Shown piece after piece: positions 1-15,426 of a stretch of 64,000 nucleotides of DNA (positions are counted from its first letter, which is position 1; every line of letters begins with the position of its first letter). The notes under the pieces were generated by a model. That model was not told where the DNA came from and did no database searches. It saw nothing but the letters and a program-made list of their open reading frames with translations. The DNA comes from Eledone cirrhosa (taxonomy: Eukaryota). Made by a program: the position numbers and the translations under genes. The stretch lies in assembly GCA_964016885.1 (NCBI GenBank), contig OZ024747.1:4402001-4466000 (forward strand), read 5' to 3'.

Positions 1-99
1 AAGAAATAAAATCATTGACTCAGCAAGATGAGAGAACTGACAGCTTGTAATAGCATTCTAGTAAATAGAAATATCAACATGGAGGAGAGAGTTGTCCTG

Positions 100-745
100 G
101 GTACTGTATAGAGTAGATCATCATGGTACTGTATAGAGTAGATCATCATGGTACTGTATAGAGTAGACCATCATGGTACTGTATAGAGTAGATCATCATG
201 GTACTGTATAGAGTAGATCATCATGGTACTGTATAGAGTAGATCATCATGGTACTGTATAGAGTAGACCATAATGGTACTGTATAGAGTAGATCATCATG
301 GTACTGTATAGAGTAGATCATCATGGTACTGTATAGAGTAGACCATCATGGTACTGTATAGAGTAGATCATCATGGTACTGTATAGAGTAGACCATCATG
401 GTACTGTATAGAGTAGATCATCATGGTACTGTATAGAGTAGACCATCATGGTACTGTATAGAGTAGACCATCATGGTACTGTATAGAGTAGATCATCATG
501 GTACTGTATAGAGTAGACCATCATGGTACTGTATAGAGTAGATCATCATGGTACTGTATAGAGTAGACCATCATGGTACTGTATAGAGTAGATCATCATG
601 GTACTGTATAGTGTAGATCATATTCTTGGTACTGTTTAGACCAGATCTTCATCATCATCATGTTGGTACTGCATAGAACAGACCATCATCATCATTATCA
701 TCATGTTGGTACTGTATAGAACAGACCATCATCATCATTATCTTG
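100..745. repeat. 25-bp minisatellite (GTACTGTATAGAGTAGAYCATCATG)n, about 20 copies, decaying at the 3' end
   Basis: Direct tandem copies visible in the sequence. Confidence 0.95.
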
Positions 746-1515
746 GTGGTCTGGTCTAAACAATACCATCACCATCCTCATCTCTCTTTCTCATACATAC
801 ACACACTCTCTCTCTCTCCCACACACACATATATACATGTATAGATTGATGCATCCAATTATTTATGGAGGCATGTTTCATTATTAAATTTTTCATTAAG
901 ATCAGTTGAGTCTGTTTTATAATGACAGGGATTTTGTTGTTTTTATAGTAATTGTGTTTTTGTTGTTTATCTTGCTATTTCGAAGTCCTGATCAACTGTG
1001 AATGTACAAACCCCAATCATTTGATTGACATTCAGTCCTTCAGATGAGGAACTTTATGAGCATTTCTCTGAAAGCAATAAACATCATATATTAGGCAACA
1101 ACTCAATGAAGACTGTTTGTGCATGAAAAAGAGAGCAAAAGAGAGGAGTGAAACAGAGAGAGAGAAAAGAGAGTTGAAGAAAAAGAGAAACTAAAGGGAG
1201 ATTGAAAGAAAAAGAAAACCATTGAATTTAGAGAGTTTTATTTCATAACAATACATTTAAAACCATTGCTCTTCAACTATTTCTTCTTTCTCCCACTCCT
1301 ACTCTATTAGGTTTTCAGTCTTTCTCCTCTTTTGAATGCTCCCTCATTTAGTCAAAAGGAGCTCAAATTTTGGACATTTTTGCTCATAGATTATTTTGGG
1401 ATGGATTATGATGTCTGTGCTAAATTTTATAAAGATCTGTTGAGAAACGATGCAGGCTGTTTGAAGACAAACAAACATTCAAGCATGCTTAAATATATAT
1501 ATATATAATAATAAT

Positions 1516-1571
<56 letters not shown>

Positions 1572-1726
1572 AAGAAGTATTTTGAAAATTTGGACATGTA
1601 CAACAATTATTATTGAGTGGCTGCTATTTGCAGTATAGCAATATAAGGTTGCACTTACCAATGAAACGGCCGTAAATACCTGGATAAAATCCTTTTTTTA
1701 ATGCTTACCTGTGTTTTCTCTTTTAT

Positions 1727-1800
<74 letters not shown>

Positions 1801-1866
1801 TTTGGGGTTAACCATTGTCAGTAAGGTACTCAATACATTAGTAGAGAGTAAACATCAAATTTAATA

Positions 1867-1976
1867 TAGAAATGGCTTCTACAGGACTAGCACTGATTCA
1901 TTCAAAAGAAATCACTTGTCTTTCCTGATGATATCTTTTGAATGAAACAGTTCTAGTCCTGCAGAAGCCATTTCTA
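1867..1976. repeat. Inverted repeat, 48-bp arms, 14-nt loop, overlapping a CTGATGA...GAAA core
   Basis: 1867-1914 vs 1929-1976, 4 mismatches. Confidence 0.9.
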
Positions 1977-2264
1977 GACTAAACTTGTTATATACACACA
2001 CACACTCACACTGAGTACAATCTACCATGTTCATTTCTGCAACAGGTATTATGTATATGTACAAAACAGAATATAACATTTAAAAATAAACATACACACT
2101 TACTCACATACATATACATGTAGTTGTGCAACTACACACAAGCACACACATGCACTCTTACACACAAGCACATTGCACAACACAGCACGATGGTGCGCTT
2201 CTTGTGTAAGTTTCAGCTTTAATTCATGGGAAAAGACCAGAGTTATTTATGATGTAGCCTGTGG

Positions 2265-3560
2265 ATGTGAGAGAGGGGGGAGAGAGAGAGAGAGAGAGGA
2301 TAGGGGGGGTGATGAATAAGAGAGAGAGAGAGGGGGAGAGGATAAGGGAGGGAGAGAGGATAGAGGGGGGGGGGTGAATAAGAGAGAGAGAGGGAGAGAG
2401 AGGATAAGGGAGGGGGGGATTATGAATGAGAGAGAGAGAGAGAGAGAGAGGCGATGAATGGAGAGGGGGGGAGAGAGGAGATAAATGGAGAGAATGAGAG
2501 AGGGAGAAGAGGATGAGAAGGAGATGAAGAGAGAGAGAGAGAGAGAGGGGGGCAGAGGAGGATGTGAGGAAGAGATGAAGAAGAGAGAGAGTGGGGAGAG
2601 GAAGAGATGAAGAAGAGAAGTGGAGAGAGGGAGATGATGAGAAATGGAGAGAGGGAGAGAGCATGAGAAAAAAGGGAGAAGAAGAAGAGAGAGAGGGGGA
2701 AATAATCAATAGGAAATGAAGCAATATTTTGGTGCAATCCTACTGTAAAATATTCTTCAATGCTGTCAGTATATATTGTGACGGTCAAACAGCAGCAGTA
2801 GCAGCTGTTGCCACGACGACGGCTACCATCGCTGTCGATGCAGCCTTATAGCAATACCATCGCTGCCGTAACTACCACTACTACCATCAGCAGCATTGCT
2901 GCTGCTGCTGCTGCTACTACTGCTGTTTCTGCTGCCTTCAACAACTCAAACCACTCTGTGTGTGTACGTGTATGTGTAGGTGTGTACGTGTGTGTGTATC
3001 TGTGTGTACACGTGTACCTGTGTGTATCTGTGTGCATATGTGTGTGTATACGTGTGTGTGTGTGTACGTGTGTGTGTGTGTGTACATGTGTACATGTGTG
3101 TGTGTGTGTGTGTGTGTGAGATTTCTGGCCCCTCCCACTATCATAGCCACCTCGATTGATAATATTGCTGCTGCTGTTGTTGGTGATGGTGCTGCCACCA
3201 CCACCACAATCATCATCATCACCACCATTACCACCATCACCCTCGCCACCATCACTACCACTACCAGCGTCAACACCACCACCATCATCACAACCACCAA
3301 CATCACCACCACCACTACCACCACCACCACCAGCGTCAACATCATCACCACCACCACCACCATCACAACCACCACCACCACCACCACAACCACCACCATC
3401 ACAACCACCACCACCACCACAACCATCACCACCACCACCATCACCACTACCACCACCACCATCACCACTACCACCACCACCATCACCACCATCACCACCA
3501 CCACCATCACCACTACCACCACCACCACCACCGTCACAACCACCACCACCACCATGATCA
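2265..3560. repeat. Compound simple repeats (GA-rich, (TG)n, (CAC/CAT)n)
   Basis: Low-complexity tracts giving poly-S/P/V/T pseudo-ORFs. Confidence 0.9.
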
Positions 3561-3594
3561 ACCGTGCTGCAGCCTCCTCCAGTATTATCTAACA

Positions 3595-6500
3595 ATTACC
3601 ACTACCACCACTACTACTACTGCCAACATCATTACTACAACCACTACTACCAATAACAACACTACCACTACAACCACTACTACCAATAACAACACTACCA
3701 CTACAACCACTACTACCAATAACAACACTACCACTACAACCACTACTACCAATAACAACACTACCACTACAACCACTACTACCAATAACAACACTACCAC
3801 TACTACTACCAATAACAACACTACCACTACAGCCACTACTACCAATAACAACACTACCACTACAGCCACTACTACCAATAACAACACTACCACTACCACC
3901 ACTACTACCAATAACAACACTACCACTACTACTACCAATAACAACACTACCACTACAACCACTACTACCAATAACAACACTACCACTACTACTACCAATA
4001 ACAACACTACCACTACAACCACTACTACCAATAACAACACTACCACTACCACCACTACAACCAATAACAACACTACCACTACAACCACTACTACCAATAA
4101 CAACACTACCACTACTACTACCAATAACAACACTACCACTACCACCACTACTACCAATAACAACACTACCACTACTACTACCAATAACAACACTACCACT
4201 ACAACCACTACTACCAATAACAACACTACCACTACTACTACCAATAACAACACTACCACTACAGCCACTACTACCAATAACAACACTACCACTACCACCA
4301 CTACTACCAATAACAACACTACCACTACCACCACTACTACCAATAACAACACTACCACTACTACTACCAATAACAACACTACCACTACAGCCACTACTAC
4401 CAATAACAACACTACCACTACCACTACTACTACCAATAACAACACTACCACCACTACTACCAATAACAACACTACCACTACCACTACTACTACCAATAAC
4501 AACACTACCACCACTACTACCAATAACAACACTACCACTACCACTACTACTACCAATAACAACACTACCACTACCACTACTACTACCAATAACAACACTA
4601 CCACTACCACTACTACTACCAATAACAACACTACCACTACCACTACTACTACCAATAACAACACTACCACTACAGCCACTACTACCAATAACAACACTAC
4701 CACTACCACTACTACTACCAATAACAACACTACCACCACTACTACCAATAACAACACTACCACTACCACCACTACTACCAATAACAACACTACCACTACC
4801 ACCACTACTACCAATAACAACACTACCACTACCACCACTACTACCAATAACAACACTACCACTACCACCACTACTACCAATAACAACACTACCACTACAA
4901 CCACTACTACCAATAACAACACTACCACTACTACTACCAATAACAACACTACCACTACAGCCACTACAGCCACTACTACCAATAACAACACTACCACTAC
5001 CACCACTACTACCAATAACAACACTACCACTACCACCACTACTACCAATAACAACACTACCACTACCACCACTACTACCAATAACAACACTACCACTACC
5101 ACCACTACTACCAATAACAACACTACCACTACCACCACTACTACCAATAACAACACTACCACTACCACCACTACTACCAATAACAACACTACCACTACCA
5201 CCACTACTACCAATAACAACACTACCACTACCACCACTACTACCAATAACAACACTACCACTACCACCACTACTACCAATAACAACACTACCACTACCAC
5301 CACTACTACCAATAACAACACTACCACTACAGCCACTACTACCAATAACAACACTACCACTACCACCACTACTACCAATAACAACACTACCACTACAACC
5401 ACTACTACCAATAACAACACTACCACTACAACCACTACTACCAATAACAACACTACCACTACCACCACTACTACCAATAACAACACTACCACTACAGCCA
5501 CTACTACCAATAACAACACTACCACTACCACCACTACTACCAATAACAACACTACCACTACCACCACTACTACCAATAACAACACTACCACTACAACCAC
5601 TACTACCAATAACAACACTACCACTACCACCACTACTACCAATAACAACACTACCACTACCACCACTACTACCAATAACAACACTACCACTACAACCACT
5701 ACTACCAATAACAACACTACCACTACCACCACTACTACCAATAACAACACTACCACTACCACCACTACTACCAATAACAACACTACCACTACCACCACTA
5801 CTACCAATAACAACACTACCACTACAACTACTACTACCAATAACAACACTACCACTACAACCACTACTACCAATAACAACACTACCACTACCACCACTAC
5901 TACCAATAACAACACTACCACTACCACCACTACTACCAATAACAACACTACCACTACAACTACTACTACCAATAACAACACTACCACTACCACCACTACT
6001 ACCAATAACAACACTACCACTACCACCACTACTACCAATAACAACACTACCACTACCACCACTACTACCAATAACAACACTACCACTACAACTACTACTA
6101 CCAATAACAACACTACCACTACAACCACTACTACCAATAACAACACTACCACTACCACCACTACTACCAATAACAACACTACCACCACTACTACCAATAA
6201 CAACACTACCACTACCACCACTACTACCAATAACAACACTACCACTACCACCACTACTACCAATAACAACACTACCACTACCACTACTACTACCAATAAC
6301 AACACTACCACTACCACTACTACTACCAATAACAACACTACCACTACCACCACTACTACCAATAACAACACTACCACCACTACTACCAATAACAACACTA
6401 CCACTACCACTACTACTACCAATAACAACACTACCACTACCACCACTACTACCAATAACAACACTACCACCACTACTACCAATAACAACACTACCACTAC

Positions 6501-7950
6501 CACCACTACTACCAATAACAACACTACCACCACTACTACCAATAACAACACTACCACTACCACCACTACTACCAATAACAACACTACCACTACCACCACT
6601 ACTACCAATAACAACACTACCACTACCACCACTACTACCAATAACAACACAACCACTACCACTACTACTACCAATAACAACACTACCACTACCACTACTA
6701 CTACCAATAACAACACTACCACTACCACCACTACTACCAATAACAACACTACCACCACTACTACCAATAACAACACTACCACTACCACTACTACTACCAA
6801 TAACAACACTACCACTACCACCACTACTACCAATAACAACACTACCACCACTACTACCAATAACAACACTACCACTACCACCACTACTACCAATAACAAC
6901 ACTACCACCACTACTACCAATAACAACACTACCACTACCACCACTACTACCAATAACAACACTACCACTACCACCACTACTACCAATAACAACACTACCA
7001 CTACCACTACTACTACCAATAACAACACTACCACTACAGCCACTACTACCAATAACAACACTACCACTACCACCACTACTACCAATAACAACACTACCAC
7101 TACAACCACTACTACCAATAACAACACTACCACTACCACCACTACTACCAATAACAACACTACCACTACAACCACTACTACCAATAACAACACTACCACT
7201 ACAACCACTACTACCAATAACAACACTACCACTACCACCACTACTACCAATAACAACATTACCACTACAACCACTACTACCAATAACAACACTACCACTA
7301 CAACCACTACTACCAATAACAACACTACCACTACCACCACTACTACCAATAACAACACTACCACTACCACTACTACTACCAATAACAACACTACCACTAC
7401 AGCCACTACTACCAATAACAACACTACCACTACCACCACTACTACCAATAACAACACTACCACTACAACCACTACTACCAATAACAACACTACCACTACA
7501 ACCACTACTACCAATAACAACACTACCACTACCACCACTACTACCAATAACAACACTACCACTACAACCACTACTACCAATAACAACACTACCACTACCA
7601 CCACTACTACCAATAACAACACTACCACTACCACCACTACTACCAATAACAACACTACCACTACCACCACTACTACCAATAACAACACTACCACTACCAC
7701 CACTACTACCAATAACAACACTACCACTACTACTACCAATAACAACACTACCACTACAGCCACTACTACCGATAACAACACTACCACTACCACCACTACT
7801 ACCAATAACAACACTACCACTACAGCCACTACTACCAATAACAACACTACCACTACCACCACTACTACCAATAACAACACTACCACTACCACCACTACAA
7901 CCAATAACAACACTACCACTACAACCACTACTACCAATAACAACACTACC
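3595..7950. repeat. ~4.3-kb minisatellite of 33-bp units (ACTACCAATAACAACACTACCACTACMACCACT) with 27-bp variants
   Basis: Highly homogeneous tandem array; unit lengths divisible by 3 explain the 1474/1506-aa ORFs. Confidence 0.95.
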
Positions 7951-7959
7951 ACATGTACT

Positions 7960-9450
7960 ATTACAATTGACCTCCTCCTCCTCCACACCCACACCCCCAC
8001 ACCCCACACTCCACAACATAACCACCATTACCTCCACCGTCACCAGCACAACCATCACCACCACCAAACCACCACCATACCACCACCACCATACCACCAC
8101 AACCACCATACCACCACCATACCACCATCATACCACCACCATCACCACCACCACCACCATATCACCACCACCACCATACCACCACCACCACCACCATATC
8201 ACCACCACCACCACCATATTACCACCACCACCATATCACCACCACCACCATACCACCACCACCACCATATCACCACCACCACCACCACCATACCACCACC
8301 ACCACCATATCACCACCACCACCACCACCACCATTTCACCACCATACCACCACCACCACCATATCACCACCACCATATCACCACCATACCACCACCACTA
8401 CCACCACACCACTACCACCACCACCACCACCACCATACCAGCAGCACCACCACCACCATATCACCACCATACCACCATACCACCACCATACCACCACCAC
8501 CACACCACCACCACCATGCCGCCACCACCACCATACCACCACCACCATACCACCACCACCACACCACCACCACCATACCACCACCACCACATCACCATAC
8601 CACCACCACCACCACCATACCACCACCACACCACCACCACCACACCACCATACCACCACCACACCACCACCACCACTACACCAACACTTCACCTTGACCT
8701 TTTTGTCTTGAGTGTAGTAGGGACTCTCTAAGGCTGACTTTACCTCCATACCATTACTGCATCACTCCCTCACTCTTCCTCTCACTCTCACTCTCTCTTC
8801 CTCTCACTCTCTCTCTCTCTCTTCCTCTCACTCTCTCTTCCTCTCACTCTCTCTCTCTCTTTCTCTCACTCTCTCTCTCTCTTCCTCTCACTCTCACTTC
8901 CTCACACTCTCTCTCTCTTCCTCTCAATCTCTCACTCTCACTCTCCCTCTCACTCTCACTCTCACTCTCACTCTCTCACTCTCTCTCTCTCTCTTCCTCT
9001 CACTATGTCTCTCTCTTCCTCTCACTCTCTCTTCCTCTCACTCTCTCTTCCTCTCACTCTCTCTTCCTCTCACTCTCTTCCTCTCACTCTCTCTTCCTCT
9101 CACTCTCTTCCTCTCACTCTCACTTCCTCTCACTCTCTCTTCCTCTCACTCTCTCTCACTCTCTCTCCCCCACTCTCCCTCACTCTCTCTCACTCTCTCT
9201 CACTCTCTCTCCCTCTCACTCTATCACACTCTCATACTCCCTCTCTCTCACTCTCATACTCCCTCTCTCTCACTCTCATTCTCTCTCTCACTCTCACTCC
9301 CTCCCTCTCTGTCACTCTCCCTCTCTCTCCTTCACTCTCTCACTCTCCCTCTCTCTCACTCCCTCTCATTCTCCCTCCCTCTCTCTCGCTCCCTCTCCTT
9401 CACTATCTCTCTTTCCCTCTCCCCTCTCTTCCTCACACCTATCTCTTCAC
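7960..9450. repeat. (CAC/CAT)n tract followed by (CT/CACT)n tract
   Basis: Low complexity. Confidence 0.9.
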
Positions 9451-9678
9451 ACCACCCACATCACTCTTTTACTACCTTTTACCTCAGTTACCCCCACCCC
9501 TATACCACCAATACCACTGACAAACAGATCTGAGCTGGCCAGCCGCAGGTGTGAACTCCGCCAGATGGAATGGCTCTTCCAGCACATCTCCGGGGGGGGG
9601 TGGGGGAAATGCCTTCTCTATTCTGTCCGCCGGGGCTGTGGGGCGGCTAGCACATGGGACCCCATTTTTTCACCATAC

Positions 9679-9892
9679 AGAGAGATGGGGAGGGTGAGAG
9701 AGATGGAGGTGATGACAGTGGGAGTTTGGCTGTTCTGTGTCAGGACCTGGTGTACATGAGAGATGGGGAGGGTGAGAGAGATGGAGGTGATGACAGTGGG
9801 AGTTTGGCTGTTCTGTGTCAGGACCTGGTGTACATGAGAGATGGGGAGGGTGAGAGAGATGGAGGTGATGACAGTGGGAGTTTGGCTGTTCT
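9679..9892. repeat. 78-bp tandem repeat, about 2.7 identical copies
   Basis: AGAGATGGGG recurs at 9681, 9759 and 9837. Confidence 0.95.
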
Positions 9893-10254
9893 TTCATGTT
9901 TGCTTAGGTTACAATTTCATTGTGATGGACTTTTATTTATTTAGGAGAAAGTTTTATTACTAAATCCCTCCAAATTCTTGATTATTTTCGAAATTATTTG
10001 AAAATCATTGGCAGTGACTTTCATTAGAAATATAGTAAGAAAAGGATTAAAGTGTTCATTGTTTTATTGTAAGAACAGATTAAGGTTTAAGCAAAGAATT
10101 GTTGCTTTCACCCTAACGGATGACAATGATGATTATGATAGTGACAATGATGATTATCATCATTGTCTTGATCATCATGTTATATTAATTTTATGCTTGT
10201 GATTATATGCATGTATATATATATAATTATATATATATTTATTTATTCATTTCA

Positions 10255-10693
<439 letters not shown>

Positions 10694-13509
10694 TCATACA
10701 TGCACAAACACATACACACGTGTGTGTGTATGTATAGAGAAAATACAGGGTGTATCAAAAATAATCAGCAGACATACTCACTTCAGATGGGACGAATTTG
10801 ACTATTGTGTAGATATATCCCGTGCTTCCGGAGGAGAAAATACTGAACATTTGTGAAAATAAAACTTTATATTCAGAAATATATTGTACAAGTTACCACA
10901 AAATTCTATGTTGAATTATTTCAAAGATATTGTCTTTTGAAATCGGATGATTCATTTTGATACAGCTTGTATTTTAGGGTATTGCATTTGTGCATGAGAG
11001 AGGTCTTCTGAATTGTTATAAATTCTATACTCATTGTTAATTAGGTTAATTGGTTTACTATTGAAACCTTAATATGTTTGAATGTTAAAACCTCAACAGG
11101 ATGACGAAGACAATGGTAATCATCATCATCGTCGTCAACACCTCTCTCTCTCCCTCTCTTCGCCTCTCTCTCTCCCTCACTTCGCCTCTCTCTCTCATCC
11201 TCACTTCGCCTCTCTCTCTCACTCACCCCTCTCTCTCACTCACCCCCCTCTCCCTCACCCCCCCTCTCCACCACATGTGTTAATTCCATCACTTAAAACT
11301 TATAACTACTTTCACCCATCATGCAATCGTCCTCTTTTACATTAAATGGCCCAATCAATCTAAGTTCTCCCCCCTCTCTCTCTCACACACACACTATCTC
11401 TTGCTCTCTCTCTCACCATCTCTCCCTCTCCTTATCATATACATCTGCCAATGTTTTCAAAGTGCACCAGCTTTCTTTATTTCTCTCTAGTCATCATCAT
11501 CTTTATCATGAGTTAATACAACACAAATAAAATCAAATCTAGGGATATGATACAATAAAGAGAAAAACAAAGAAAATAAAGGAAAAATAACAAAACAACA
11601 ACAAAACGAAAGAAAATTCGACCAAATAACTAATTTGTTGAGATAATGAAATGTTATTTTATTAGGATAGAATTATAGAAGTTCTACTGCTATTAATAAT
11701 CCCATCGAAAGAAGTTATTAAAAACCAAAGAATGTGTATATAGAGAGCAAGTAGAGCAGCTGTAAAGTTCAGAAAACAAAAGCTTAGGGAGAAGTAAGCC
11801 ATTGATTTCCTCTTCCCCTCTATTTTGTTGGGTTTTTTTTATCTTAATGAACATAAAAACAAAATAGAAAAATTTTAAATAGAAAGAAACCAATTGTTTT
11901 TGTCAGTTGTCTACAATTGTTTATCAAGAAAACACAAGCTGTAGCTCTGAAGAATTAACATAAACTGGCTAACTCGTTTTTGAATGTCATATGATTTCTT
12001 AATCATATTACTCATTCATTCTTAATCATTCTGAATTTTCCTTCCTTTTGTGTCTCTATCAACTCTAAACTAAACATTTTCAATCGACTTCCTGTGGCAT
12101 AATAAAATACACCTAGTACACTCTGTAATGTTGAAGATAGGGAAGGCACCCAGCCATAAAAGCTATACCTTATATAAGTGAGAGGTGGATTTTAGAAACT
12201 CTTTTGTAGAATGGGACAATAAAATACACCTAGTACACTCTGTAATGTTGAAGATAGGAAAGGCACCCAGCCATAAACGTTATATCATAAATAGAATATA
12301 TAAGTGAGATGTGGGTTCTGGAAACTTTATTGCAGAAACTCCAAATATGAATTGATACAGGATAGAGGAGACCCTTTAGTTCTTCAGAAATAGGACAACC
12401 CTTCTAGTACTTATTGCTGGCATAATAAAAGGCACCATGTATATTTTGTATGCTTTGTAAATTATATTGTAATAGGGATGGTATTTAGCTATATAAACCA
12501 TGTTAAAAGCAGAATATATAAGCATGATGTTGACTCCAGAAGCTGTATCTCAGGCTACCCTTCCAGACCAAGTTGTATAAACAATCCTTTATCACTGTTA
12601 CTATCATAAATACAGTGAGTCATTGATTAGCCAGTTGGAAACTTGTCATGAAATAACTCTATTGATCACACAATTCACTATATAAAGGTAGAATTAAAAT
12701 CAAATATATAATTATTAATTCATTCATGTTCATTGACAATTCCTTCCTACATACTTTACCACTTAGGTTTTCTACTTCACAAAAGCAAACTGAAGATCAG
12801 ACAACCAAAACCTCCTTACTTCAATGCTAACAGAAAACCTATTTCCTCCCTGGAGTTCTTTGGCAGTTTTCAATCAACTATACTAGCATAGAAAAACGGA
12901 TGTTAAGCGATGATGATATTCAGTTTGTGGCTGACCATAATTTTCATTGTTAACCTTCCAAAATAGCACCTGCTTGGTAATTTCTATTTCAGTCATGGTC
13001 TATATATTTTACAATCATTCCAACGTCAAATATGGGTTTCTTTTAACACTCTGTAAAACTTCAATATCCAAAATAGTTCAATTTTATGTACTTCATCAAG
13101 TATCATCATCATAGTTGTCATCATCATCTTTCTCCTTCCCCTCATCATTACCTTAATATAACTACATGTCTGTCTGTCTTACCATACTGCCATGGGTTGA
13201 TTATGTTTCATAATGCCATCTAGCACGTACAGAGAAGAAAACTGTCAATCTGTTTGGTGTATGTCATGTTTTATGACAACAGGATGTCGTTCCTGTCACC
13301 AACTGCTTTATAGAATGAACTAGATACACTTTATTGTAGCAGGACTAATGAGTTCTTTCAGCCTTTTATCAGTTTTTATGCAGGCATTGTTTGTTTAGAC
13401 AGGTTGCCTCCACTGCAGGTTCTCATGCCTCTGTCTCTTCCATTCCTTCTCTTGTTAGCATCAAAGTGAAAATTCACTCCATATTATTTTTTTCTTTCTT
13501 TCTTTTCAG

Positions 13510-13772
13510 ATTTACCTAAAGAGCAGACAAAGAAATGAGAAGATAGGAGAAAAGAAGCAGAAAAGTCACTCAACTGTGTAAAGATCCAAAAGACATTGAT
13601 GTCTATTTGTATATAAACCTGAACCTTAACCATGACGATATTCACCTTTATGCAGCATAAGTTACTCGAGGGAAACAAGTAGGGAGAAGCTGAAGGAAAC
13701 CACTTTCAACCTCCCTCAATATCATTGCAAACAAGATATATGACATTAATGTATGTGTATGTAATTATATAG
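13510..13772 (+). other. Candidate non-coding (5' UTR) exon of the protocadherin
   Basis: Strong acceptor (ttttttctttctttcttttcag| at 13509) and strong donor AG|GTAAGT after 13772. Coding exon 1 begins with an acceptor 61 nt before its ATG, so an upstream exon is expected. Confidence 0.4.
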
Positions 13773-13885
13773 GTAAGTTGATAGAGATGTTAATAGCTTT
13801 GTTGAAGTTTGTGTTTTTAATGTTTATGATATTCAAAACATCACCATCGAAAGAATGGGAGTGGATAGAAATATATATATATATA

Positions 13886-14136
13886 TATTTAATTAGAAAG
13901 TGAACAACACAAAATATAACTACTCCATTACCAAAGGTTTCTGGATCCCAGACAATATTAATATACGTCTGGATCAGTCATCAGACAGAGATGTTATGGA
14001 TAAAAAATATGAAATGAGATTTATTTCATATTTTTTCATGATGACCGATCCAGACGTATATTAATATTGTCTGGGATCCAGAAACCTTTGGTAATGGAGT
14101 AGTTATATTTTGTGTTGTTCACTTTCTAATTAAATA
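13886..14136. repeat. Inverted repeat, 98-bp arms, 1 mismatch
   Basis: 13886-13983 is the reverse complement of 14039-14136; abuts (TA)n. Confidence 0.95.
13923..13990 (-). ncRNA. Type I hammerhead ribozyme motif overlapping the left arm of an inverted repeat
   Basis: cucugu-CUGAUGA-(long gauccagac/gucugggauc stem II)-GAAA-ccuuugg-UA-auggag; base of stem II non-canonical. Confidence 0.6.
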
Positions 14137-15224
14137 GCTCTGTTCTATACATAGAGTACTCTTTTTTCCTTTGCTTTTTCTTTGGAATTACCTAACACAC
14201 ACACACATATAAATATATATATATATCATCATCATCACCGTTTTACGTCGGTTCTTCCACGCTAGCATGGGTTAGACGGGTTGTCCTGTTGTGGGCAGTG
14301 TCTGGTCGGCTGACCATGCCTTGCTCATACAGGAACTGATCTGGCTTGATTTCTACAGCTGGATGCCCTTCCTAACACCAACCTCATTTACAGTGAGTGC
14401 TGTAATATATATATATATAGAGTGTTATTACATAATCTACATAGTGTTAACTCATTACGGTTGAGTCAATAATTTCAGACATGAAATACATTGTTATTGG
14501 TGAAGGAAAGATAAGATTCTAACTGGCTGTTCTCAAAGTATCCTTGACCTAGTTGACTGTGGGTTTTTCCATTTTTAGGATCTCAATTACTGGTTAATGT
14601 CTCAAGTACCGGACACGCCTGCACACCTGCTCACAGCTGTGGTCAGACTATAGTTATTCTGTCTGCAAGCTCATTCAAATGCATTCACACTGGCTGTCTC
14701 AAAGACATACAAATATGGCTTATAAAACTTACCAAAATAAAGAGCCTTCCAGCACGCCCCTAATGGGACCTTGCTCCCAAACGCCTCCCTGGAGTTCCCA
14801 AATGCCCCCCCGGGGGTGTATGCCCCCTGTTGAGAACCTTTGTTTTAGACTATGATCTTGCTAGATGCCATATTCAATGGGTTTTGTTAATTATATCAAT
14901 ACCAGTACTTAGTCTGGTAATCCTAACAAGTGGCTAAGTTTTACCAGAGTTGCTTCCCTTGTCAGAATTACCTCCCGTTCACTAGTATCACTTTGAAAGT
15001 AATTATTCTAATGTCCACCAGAATGCACTTAAATACATGCATACCTACATGACTTTGTGGTTAGGGTATTCAGTGTCTTGGTCAACCAATGAACTTTTCA
15101 GCCAACCTGGTGTAATTTATGTTGGTTCTTTTAAGTCACCATTCCTAATTGGTGCCAATATACGCCATATTAAATGTTATGATTACTATCAAATAATAGA
15201 GAAATGTGTATATATACGCATATA

Positions 15225-15426
15225 TGTGATGCGCATGAAAGACGACAGCTGTATAACAAAGTGCAGGGCAATAAAGATAGACGGTAGCCACAGAATAGGC
15301 AGACCCAGAAAAACCTGGGACGCGCTGATAAATTCTGACCTCACACACTTACACCTCTCCAAGACAATGTCACTGGACCGAGACCTTTGGCGGTACTCAG
15401 TAATAGAGAAGACCCGCCTTACCTAA
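15225..15426 (+). mobile_element. RTE-clade LINE 3' fragment
   Basis: VMRMKDD...GRPRKTWD...DRDLWR. More decayed RTE-like pieces at about 19260-19570, 25100-25400, 32780-33120 (inverted halves), 41790-41935 and 47100-47260. Confidence 0.8.

Noticed and set aside
3585-8109. 1474-aa and 1506-aa ORFs (poly-V/L; GSSGGSGSVVI repeats) as structural proteins
   Set aside because: They are entirely the 33/27-bp minisatellite; two overlapping frames are open, and there is no unique domain or splice context.
14524-14842. Possible hAT-type MITE; also isolated Tc1/mariner-like ends at about 10744, 27831 and 32500
   Set aside because: Only one convincing terminus in each case and no target-site duplication could be verified.
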